From the NCBI GenBank assembly GCA_965226495.1, contig OZ245365.1, forward strand, positions 320,001-384,000: DNA of 64,000 bases, read 5' to 3'. Both the position numbers and the translations under genes were made by a program. The notes under the pieces are model-generated. The model did no database searches and was not told where the DNA came from. It worked only from the letters and a program-made list of their open reading frames with translations. This DNA comes from Candidatus Marinacidobacterales bacterium. Lineage in GTDB: Bacteria > Acidobacteriota > Vicinamibacteria > Marinacidobacterales > DATDRI01. Shown piece after piece: positions 30,385-37,760 of the stretch (position 1 is its first letter; each line of letters begins with the position of its first letter).

Positions 30385-30457
30385 CCTGGCCTCACATCAG
30401 TGGGCCATTCTCACGCTTCTATTTAGTTGGCTGCGGGAGGATCAGTATCTCATTCAG

Positions 30458-30466
30458 ATCATACCA
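30458..30466 (-). promoter_or_regulatory. Extended -10 element TGGTATGAT
   Basis: TG-N-TATGAT about 75 bp upstream of the first gene of the minus-strand operon. Confidence 0.4.
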
Positions 30467-30691
30467 TAAATCCCTTAACTACACGCCTTTGGCGCACTCC
30501 TCCACTGTGGGGAAAGAATAGCCGTTGGTAGGGGAACCCCCTCAAAAAAAGGGGGTTAGAGGTGGTCAAAACGTCGACTTTTGCGGTTAGGGGTGGGTAA
30601 CTCCCCCCGAACAAAATCGTTCGCCGACGCTCGTACCCCGATCTAACTGCGCCGCCGACACTTAGCGCTGCTGCCCACGGCCTAACGAGCC

Positions 30692-30707
30692 TGGCAGGCC
30701 TTTTGCT
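30692..30707 (+). promoter_or_regulatory. Sigma-54 -24/-12 motif TGGCAGGCCTTTTGCT
   Basis: Near-consensus; no plus-strand gene follows it. Confidence 0.55.
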
Positions 30708-30864
30708 ATTAGAGAGAATTGAAACACGGCTTTCGGCTCGAACGAAAGAAAGAAAACCGAGCCACTTGAGCCACTTGAGTTTGATTAGCCGCCGTGCTGA
30801 TGGTGGTTTCCGAAGCAGCAAGGCACTGCAACGGAATTTAAATCACCTGAGGCGGCACCCCCGC

Positions 30865-31404
30865 GTGGCGGGGTCGGAGTGGATGTGAGGTCGATTCCGG
30901 TAACGGTTCCGGGCTTCGGTAATTCGCGTCCAGGTTGGGGCTTCGACCCTGCCCGCACCCTTTGTTTCTGTTTCCTCTACCTTGTGACCACTGCCCCGGT
31001 GGTCAACGAGCAGCCTGCCAAGTGTCCACGCACCCCTTGTAATTTTCCGCGATGGCTTCGATCGCCGCGGACTCTTGCTTGGGATCTTCGAGAAAACGCT
31101 TGAGGGGAGCGCTGAAGTTGGTGCGGCCGACGGCGAACCCGATGAAGCCGGGAACCGGTGAAGCGACCTGTAGCCACTTGTGGACTTGCTCTTGTCGGAG
31201 CCGCGCCCCAGGATGATGCAACCGACTCTCTTGCGCGCCTCACCGACGCGCGCTTGTTCCGAGACCGCCTCCGCCTGCTCGCGCCGGTCCAGACCTTCCA
31301 CCTTCCAGATGTCCGGCTCGACGCCGTAGTCTTGCAACACCTTCACCGCTTCGACCATGTGGTCGGGGCGGAGCTCGGAATCGTAACGGTCCCCTGCGTT
31401 CTTG
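30865..31404. repeat. Direct repeat copy 1 (~540 bp) of 34372-34912
   Basis: Manual alignment: 11 substitutions and one 1-nt indel. Confidence 0.95.
31003..31404 (-). pseudogene. Orphan 3' fragment of the DUF2090 aldolase-like gene
   Basis: Encodes ...EPDIWKVEGL...DTWQAAR* without the 5' part of the gene; 1-nt deletion near 31192. Confidence 0.9.
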
Positions 31405-31438
31405 AACGGTTCTTGGGGGAACGAAAAAAGGCGGAGGA

Positions 31439-31737
31439 TTAATGCAAGTCCGACTCTGGTTTCAAGTAAACGATAGCGTAAGCAAAGGGGTTTTCTCTCT
31501 CGGCCAGCGCTTCGATAGCTCGTATTATGTCCCCGTCGGTCATACGAGGGAGTCTCTCATCAATCGTGACGAAGACTCAATTTGCTTTCGCGGCGTGCTC
31601 GAATAGCACCTCGTCTTGCGTTCTCTCGGGGAAAGCATCGATAGCCCGCTCGACATCCCAAATCCTCGGCAGATCAAACCATCGACTATTTGCTGACGGA
31701 GACAGGCGTCGCTGAACAGCGGAAACCAGTTGGGCAC
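31439..31737 (-). pseudogene. DUF5615 / PIN-like toxin pseudogene
   Basis: FPLFSDACLRQQIVDGL..RG / WDVERAIDAFPERTQDEVLFEHAAKAN*VFVTIDE: a frameshift plus an in-frame TGA; directly downstream of DUF433. Confidence 0.7.
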
Positions 31738-32053
31738 TAGCGGGCAGCTCGGCGCTTCAAGTATTCGGCCCGCTTCCGTTCGTGCTCTTCTTCCGCTTTG
31801 TCTTCTTCGGCAAAGGAGGCTTCAATTTCCTCCGTATGGTCGTAGTAGTAGGCCAGAGCCGCGTAGACTTGGGCCAGGCTCAATGGGGCTGCGAACACAT
31901 TGAGCATTTTCTCAGGACTATGCCTTCCTCGTGCAGACAGACGCGATGTCCTTGACGCTGATGCGAGTTCCGTCAATACAAGCCTTGCCGCCGCAGACGC
32001 CCGGGTCTTTGGTGATGTGGGCGTAAACGGTCTTTCCAGCTGTCGTAAGCCAT
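31737..32053 (-). pseudogene. DUF433 family antitoxin, frameshifted
   Basis: HITKDPGVCGGKACIDGTRISV and LSLAQVYAALAYYYDH lie in different frames; ATG 32053 is also out of frame with the first block. Confidence 0.82.
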
Positions 32054-32320
32054 CGCTCTAAAACCCCTTTTACCCAGGGACGTTTATCAATTATGCAACG
32101 TCGAGCCGAAGAATGTCTTAGCCGGGAAGCTTGCTTGAAAGCATCCAAGCGAGGCGCTCCACCCACAGCCTGTCACTCGAGGGCAGAGTCCATGTCGAGA
32201 TCCGAACGAGTCCCTTGCAATGTCAACCAAAAAGAAGAAAACGGCAATCGAGTCGAGCATTCTCCTAGGTGATGGTCTGGCCTCCCGAGGTGATCGGGTG
32301 CCTGGCGGTGCAGACCGCAC

Positions 32321-32349
32321 TTGACATGCCTGGCCTTGTTGGATAGAGT
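32321..32349 (+). promoter_or_regulatory. Sigma-70 promoter TTGACA-N17-TAGAGT of the abiE operon
   Basis: Consensus -35, 17-nt spacer, TAnnnT -10. Confidence 0.75.
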
Positions 32350-32387
32350 TACCAGCGTATATTGTGAATCGCTGGTAACTCTATCCA
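32340..32387. promoter_or_regulatory. 18-bp perfect inverted repeat, probable AbiEi operator
   Basis: TGGATAGAGTTACCAGCG-N12-CGCTGGTAACTCTATCCA overlaps the -10 and reaches the start codon. AbiEi antitoxins are known to autorepress through promoter inverted repeats. Confidence 0.8.
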
Positions 32388-33013
32388 TGGGAAGAAAACC
32401 GAAGTCGAGGAAACAGAACGCGTTCGCCGGGGCGGCGAGCGTCTTCCGCGAGCACGGCGGCGTCCTGCGCACGATGGAGGCTGTCCGTCACGGAGTCCAC
32501 CCGCGCACGCTCTACGCCATGCGGGACGCCGGGGTGCTGGAACGGCTCGGGCGCGGGCTGTACCGGCTCGCGGACCTCGCGCCTCTCGGCAACCCCGACC
32601 TGGTTGCGGTAGCCCTCCGTGTCCCGGAAGGGGTGCTCTGTCTGATCTCGGCCCTGGCGTTCCACGAGATCACGAGTCAGATCCCGCACGAGGTCTACGT
32701 CGCCCTCAAGCGGGGTGCAGAACCGCCGCGGCTGGAGCATCCCCCTGTCCGCGTGTTCTGGTTCACGGGAAAGGCCTTCACGGAAGGGGTCGAGACACAC
32801 GAGCTGGACGGAGTCAACGTCCGCGTGTACGGAGCAGCGAAGACGGTGGCCGACTGCTTCAAGTACCGGAACAAGCTCGGACTCGACACGGCCATCGAAT
32901 CGCTCAGGCTCTTCCTCAAGGAGAAGCGGGGGAGCCCTGACGATCTTGTGCGGTTCGCCCGCGTGTGTCGCGTCGAGAAGGTAATACGCCCCTACATCGA
33001 GGCCCTCCTGTGA
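32387..33013 (+). CDS. abiEi: Type IV toxin-antitoxin antitoxin, AbiEi family
   Basis: wHTH with LERLGRGLYRL; CLISALAFHEIT; KTVADCFKYRNKLG. Confidence 0.9.
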   Translation: MGRKPKSRKQNAFAGAASVFREHGGVLRTMEAVRHGVHPRTLYAMRDAGVLERLGRGLYRLADLAPLGNPDLVAVALRVPEGVLCLISALAFHEITSQIPHEVYVALKRGAEPPRLEHPPVRVFWFTGKAFTEGVETHELDGVNVRVYGAAKTVADCFKYRNKLGLDTAIESLRLFLKEKRGSPDDLVRFARVCRVEKVIRPYIEALL

Positions 33014-33930
33014 ATCGCCGGAAGGTGAAGAACGTCGCCGCCTCCATCCGGCAGCGCCTACTCAACGAGGCGCGCACAACGGGCCGTCCGTTCAACGAGC
33101 TCCTCCAGTATTTCGCCATGGAGCGCTTCCTCTACCGGCTGTCGAAGTCGCCTCATGGCGAGAAGTTCGTCCTGAAGGGGGCGCTCATGCTGGCGACGTG
33201 GGAGGTTTCGCTCACGCGCCCCACCAAGGACATCGATCTCCTCCGCCGCGTGTCGAACGACATCGACAGCATCGTCGGCCTGGTGAAGGAGGTTTGCCGG
33301 CTGGAGGTCCAGCCTGACGGGCTCGTCTTTGACTCGACGAGTGTCCAGGGAGAGCAGATCGCTGAAGAGGCCGAGTACGAGGGGGTGCGCGTCCGCTTCC
33401 AGGGGAACCTCGGTACGGCCCGGGTTTCGATGCAGATCGACGTGGGCTTCGGGGATGCCGTGGTACCGGGGGCCGGTGACGACGGACTATCCGACGATCC
33501 TGGACCTGCCGACGCCACGGATTCGCGGGTACACGGGAGAGAGCGTCATCGCCGAGAAGTCCACACGATGGTCCGGCGTGGCCTCCTCAACAGCAGGATG
33601 CGCGACTTCTTCGACGTGTGGACCCTCTCGCGGCAGTTCGACTTCGACGGCGGGGTTCTGGCGGCGGCGGTCCGGGAGACGTTCGCGCGGCGAGATCTAG
33701 AGGTCGCCGCCCGTCCTGTCGCCCTGACGAAGGAGTTCGCGGAGGACACCGCGAAGGCCAGCCAGTGGCAGGGGTTCCTGCGGAAGAGCCGGTTGGAGGG
33801 TGCCCCGAGCGAGCTTGTGGCGGTGGTCGAGGCGATCGCCGTCTTCCTCGGGCCGGTTGCCGAGGCTCTCCATGAGGGACGAGGGTTCGAAGGCCGATGG
33901 GAGGCGCCGGGACCCTGGTCGAACGCTTGA
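33010..33930 (+). CDS. abiEii: Type IV TA toxin, AbiEii nucleotidyltransferase (two compensating frameshifts, 33468-33560)
   Basis: GTG overlaps the abiEi stop; ERFLYRLS, FVLKGA, RPTKDIDL, IDVGFGD, NSRMRDFFD. The conserved YPTILD...ESVIAEK segment lies in another frame. Confidence 0.88.
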   Translation: MNRRKVKNVAASIRQRLLNEARTTGRPFNELLQYFAMERFLYRLSKSPHGEKFVLKGALMLATWEVSLTRPTKDIDLLRRVSNDIDSIVGLVKEVCRLEVQPDGLVFDSTSVQGEQIAEEAEYEGVRVRFQGNLGTARVSMQIDVGFGDAVVPGAGDDGLSDDPGPADATDSRVHGRERHRREVHTMVRRGLLNSRMRDFFDVWTLSRQFDFDGGVLAAAVRETFARRDLEVAARPVALTKEFAEDTAKASQWQGFLRKSRLEGAPSELVAVVEAIAVFLGPVAEALHEGRGFEGRWEAPGPWSNA

Positions 33931-34371
33931 GGCCTCAGGCAGGATTCAGGCTTCGACCGGGACAAGATCCTGCAGGAGCCCGAGGACGGCCTTAACCTGC
34001 GCGTCCGAGTCGTCGAAGGCCAGGACTCGCCCTTTGCATGCTCAAAAACCCGCCCCCTCCAAAGCACGGCGGGCCAGGCTTCGAGAGTCAGAGCTCCCGT
34101 TCATCGATAGTTCTCCACCAGCTTGAGGTCGCTCACCTCTTCACTCTCCTGCCGGGTGATGGATAGGAAAAAAGGATGGGAAAATTCATACGCATCCGAG
34201 CGCCGGCCCGCAAATTTCCCCCACCAGAATGGTGCTGTGCAGTCCGAGTGAGTCCTGGTGAGGGCAGCGGAACTCGAGCAAACGGGGCAAGGCGGTTGAG
34301 AAGTGTCTCCCGTCGGGGGAGTTGGGTGTTGAAGAAACACTCCGGCCGTCTCGTGTCGAGGTATCGGACAA

Positions 34372-34912
34372 GTGGCGTGGTCGGAGTGGGTGTGAGGTCG
34401 ATTCCGGTAACGGTTCCGGGCTTCGGTAATTCGCGTCCAGGTCGGGGCTTCGACCCTGCCCGCACCCTTTGTTTCTGTTTCCTCTACCTTGTGACCACTG
34501 CCCCGGTGGTCAACGAGCAGCCTGCCAAGTGTCCACGCACCCCTTGTAATTTTCCGCGATCGTTTCGATCGCCGCGGACTCTTGCTTGGGATCTTCGAGA
34601 AAACGCTTGAGGGGAGCGCTGAAGTTGGTGCGGCCGACGGCGAACCCGATGAAGCCGGGAACCGGTGAAGCGACCTGTAGCCACTTGTGGACTTGCTCTT
34701 TGTCGGAGCCGCGCCCCAGGATGATGCAACCGACTCTCTTGCGCGCTTCACCGACGCGCGCTTGTTCCGAGACCGCCTCCGCCTGCTCGCGCCGGTCCAG
34801 ACCTTCCACCTTCCAGATGTCCGGCTCGACACCGTAATCTTGCAACACCTTCACCGCCTCGACCATGTGGCCGGGGCGGAGCTCGGAATCGTAACGGTCC
34901 CCCGCGTTCTTG
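34372..34912. repeat. Direct repeat copy 2 (~540 bp) of 30865-31404
   Basis: Covers the last ~400 bp of the DUF2090 gene plus ~140 bp downstream. Confidence 0.95.
34492..34512. terminator. Hairpin TGACCAC-N7-GTGGTCA at the DUF2090 stop codon (also present in repeat copy 1)
   Basis: 7-bp perfect stem; no U-tract on the minus strand, so terminator function is uncertain. Confidence 0.3.
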
Positions 34913-35430
34913 TCCTCGTCGGTGGTGGCGGGGACGAGAAGCTCGAACATCAAGTAGTTATCCTCGGTGCTATGAACATAGTCGGACAGAATCTTGAGAC
35001 GAGCCATCTGTTCCCGATTGACCACCGGATCGTCCTTAGGGTGAAACCGAACCAAGACCTTGACGATGTCCGGAGCGATAAAACGAATGTGATCTTCCCA
35101 TCGAGCGCCATACTCGAAGTCGAAAACGGGTTGGCCACTTTTTTCGACCGCCACCGCCACCGGGATTCCTTTGGACTTGGCGTCCGCGAGGATGTGACTG
35201 CCGAACTGGGCGTCTACCAGAATACCCACGTTCTCCGGAGATACGCCCATGTCGATGGCTCTCAACAGGCCTCGGTAGACCAGCGTCTTGGCCTCCGCCA
35301 CTTGGATATGTTGCTCGGTGTCGTGGGTGATGGTCGGGGCGCCCTTGAATCCGAAGTAGGATTTGGTGAAGCTCCCGCGGTGATCAAAAGGTTGAACGAA
35401 CAAAGGGCGGTCGTATCCGATCTGTTTCAT
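34510..35430 (-). CDS. DUF2090 / IolC C-terminal-like class I aldolase (TIM barrel)
   Basis: PFDHRGSF, KVLVRFHP, FELLVP, PDIWKVEG (putative Schiff-base Lys), LGRG, GFAVGRT. Confidence 0.85.
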   Translation of the reverse strand: MKQIGYDRPLFVQPFDHRGSFTKSYFGFKGAPTITHDTEQHIQVAEAKTLVYRGLLRAIDMGVSPENVGILVDAQFGSHILADAKSKGIPVAVAVEKSGQPVFDFEYGARWEDHIRFIAPDIVKVLVRFHPKDDPVVNREQMARLKILSDYVHSTEDNYLMFELLVPATTDEDKNAGDRYDSELRPGHMVEAVKVLQDYGVEPDIWKVEGLDRREQAEAVSEQARVGEARKRVGCIILGRGSDKEQVHKWLQVASPVPGFIGFAVGRTNFSAPLKRFLEDPKQESAAIETIAENYKGCVDTWQAAR

Positions 35431-35608
35431 CTACTTATTCCTTCTCAAGAAAGTGTGGCCCGTTTCCTCGGCGACGAAGACGTTTCCCTTGGGATTCTCC
35501 GGTGGGCCTGGCGATAAAGAGGATAGAACCTCGAATACGAAAGCCAGGCGGCTGCCCGAGAGCGGAGCATAGTGTACGTCCGGGAGGGAGCCTCCCGCAA
35601 GAAGGAGT

Positions 35609-36649
35609 CTAATCCTCGCGGGAGACCACTCGCGGGACCGCGGTCCCTACGTCTAGCGAGGAGCGCGCGGTGTCGACGGTTTCCGAAAGGTGCCTGGTTC
35701 GCCGCTCCGCTTGCTCGAGGTTGTTGCGAGCGAGCCCCAGATGGCGTCCCAACTTGGCCATCTCTTCTTCCAGCTGTCGGAGCTCGATCGCGATCTGTTC
35801 CAATCCCGCGAGGAGCCCCCGAGCCTGGGCAGGAACGGCCGCGCTCCGCGAACCCAACAGAGCACTTTGGAGGAACGCGTAGAGTCCGAGGGGACCCATG
35901 GGAACGACACGGCGCGAGATCGCGTATTCCGCGAGCTCCCACTCGCCCAAGATGGCCTGCTGGTAGACGTTTTCTGCCGGCACGTAAAGAAACGCCATCG
36001 GGAGCGTGCCCTCTCCCGGCAAGATGTACTTGTTCGCGATCGCGTCCACATGCTTCCGGAAATCCCGTGCGAAAGCGCGGAGAAATGCGTCCCGCTCGCT
36101 GGCGGGCGCCTCGTCGGCGCGCCTCAAGTTCTCGAGAGGAAACTTGGCATCGATGGGGAGGAGGTTCTCACCGACATGTACCGCAGCGTCGACTCTCTCC
36201 CCACTCTTGAACGTGTACTGGAGCTCGAATAGGGTCGGAGGGAGCACTTGGCGCATTATCTCGGCGAGAAGGACCTCGCCGAGTACGCCTCTCAGTTTGG
36301 GAGCGCGAAGAAGATTCTCGATGCCGGCCACCGTTTTTCCGACCTCGAGGACGCGCTCGGTAGCTTGTTCGAGAACGCCGAGTTGCTGGCGGACGTCGGC
36401 CACGCTGGTCGATGCTCGGTCCAGCCGATCGCCCATCGTTTCATGGGCTTGTTCGAGCTGTGTCGATTGATGCTGCATATAGCCGGCAAGCTCGGATCGG
36501 AGAGCATTGAGCTGTTGCTGGAGGAGAGTGATGCCCTCCGACGATCCGCTCGGTCGCCGGGCCCTTGCAAAGAAGAACAGGGCCACCGCCAGGGTCACTA
36601 ACGCTGCTGCTACGACGAGCGCTGCCAATAGGGCGATTTCCAGGCTCAC
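35609..36649 (-). CDS. rmuC: DNA recombination protein RmuC
   Basis: N-terminal TM and coiled coil; PKLRGVLGE, VDA..IDAKFP, KYILPGEGT, YVPAE. Confidence 0.92.
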   Translation of the reverse strand: MSLEIALLAALVVAAALVTLAVALFFFARARRPSGSSEGITLLQQQLNALRSELAGYMQHQSTQLEQAHETMGDRLDRASTSVADVRQQLGVLEQATERVLEVGKTVAGIENLLRAPKLRGVLGEVLLAEIMRQVLPPTLFELQYTFKSGERVDAAVHVGENLLPIDAKFPLENLRRADEAPASERDAFLRAFARDFRKHVDAIANKYILPGEGTLPMAFLYVPAENVYQQAILGEWELAEYAISRRVVPMGPLGLYAFLQSALLGSRSAAVPAQARGLLAGLEQIAIELRQLEEEMAKLGRHLGLARNNLEQAERRTRHLSETVDTARSSLDVGTAVPRVVSRED

Positions 36650-36674
36650 GGAACCTTTCAGACTCTCCTTTCCT

Positions 36675-37754
36675 CTACCTTAATAGCAAGAGGACGAGTC
36701 CGGTCACGAAGACATTCAGTAATGATGCCGGGAGTAGCATCTTCCAGCCCAATCTCACGACCTGGTCGTACCGGAGGCGCGGTACCGTCCAACGGATTTG
36801 CATCAGGAGCCAAGAGACCACACACACCTTTAGGGCGAAGGCTAATACCTGGAGTAGCACCACGGCGAGGTGGGGAAGCTCCCACGTCGTGCCCCACGGA
36901 AAAACGAAACCGCTCGCTTCCAAGTAGGGTACTTGCCAACCGCCCAGAAAAAGTGTCGCCGCGACACCGGCCGCCATGATCGACTCCACGAAATCGGTCA
37001 TCATGAACATGCCGAACTTGATACCCGAGTACTCGAGATGGTAGCCGATGATTTCCGATTCACCTTCCGGAGCATCGAAAGGCGTCCGCTTCGTTACCGC
37101 CATCGCCGCGATCAAAAACAGCAAGAACCCGAAGGGTTGAACCAAGATGCCCCATCGCGGAACGCCGTACACGAGTTCTCCCTGGGCGCGGACGATCTCG
37201 TCGAGCGCGACCGAACCGAAGACCATCAGCACCCCGACGATCGTCAGGCCGAGGGTGACTTCGTAGGCGATCATCTGCGCGCCCGCGCGCAGCGAGCCCA
37301 GCAGAGACCACTTGTTCCCGGAAGCCCAACCCGCCAGCACAGTTCCGTAAATACCGAGTCCAGCGCAAGCAAAGATGAAGAGCACGCCGATGTCGAGGTC
37401 TGCGATCTGAAGCTGGATCTCCCGTTCGCCTATCTGCAACACATCACCGAAGGGAATGACCGCGAACGTGGCTAGCGCAAAGAACAAAGAGATAAAAGGG
37501 GCGAGCGGGTACAAGAGTCGGTCGGCCGAGGCGGGAACGAAATTTTCCTTGGCGAGCATCTTGAGGCCGTCGGCGAGCGGATGAAAGAGCCCCAAGGCGC
37601 GGACGCCGAGGATGGACGCACGATTCGCGCCGATCCGATCTTGAATGACCGCACTCTGCTTTCGCTCCACCCAAGTGAGGAAGAGCGCAAAGTTCAAGAC
37701 CGCACCGAGCACCAGAGCGATCTTGGCGAGCGTGATGGTTGTCTCGATGAGCAC
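36675..37754 (-). CDS. nuoH: NADH-quinone oxidoreductase subunit H
   Basis: WVERK, DRIGANR, ADGLKMLAKE, RTPFDAPEGESE, PRLRYDQ. Confidence 0.95.
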   Translation of the reverse strand: MLIETTITLAKIALVLGAVLNFALFLTWVERKQSAVIQDRIGANRASILGVRALGLFHPLADGLKMLAKENFVPASADRLLYPLAPFISLFFALATFAVIPFGDVLQIGEREIQLQIADLDIGVLFIFACAGLGIYGTVLAGWASGNKWSLLGSLRAGAQMIAYEVTLGLTIVGVLMVFGSVALDEIVRAQGELVYGVPRWGILVQPFGFLLFLIAAMAVTKRTPFDAPEGESEIIGYHLEYSGIKFGMFMMTDFVESIMAAGVAATLFLGGWQVPYLEASGFVFPWGTTWELPHLAVVLLQVLAFALKVCVVSWLLMQIRWTVPRLRYDQVVRLGWKMLLPASLLNVFVTGLVLLLLR

Positions 37755-37760
37755 GTGAGT

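Noticed and set aside
30459-30821. 120-aa minus-strand ORF
   Set aside because: It spans promoter motifs and a 9-bp repeat, and its composition is not coding-like.
30865-30965. tRNA or tmRNA at the islet border (typical att site)
   Set aside because: No T-loop GTTCRA in a cloverleaf context and no acceptor stem with CCA on either strand.
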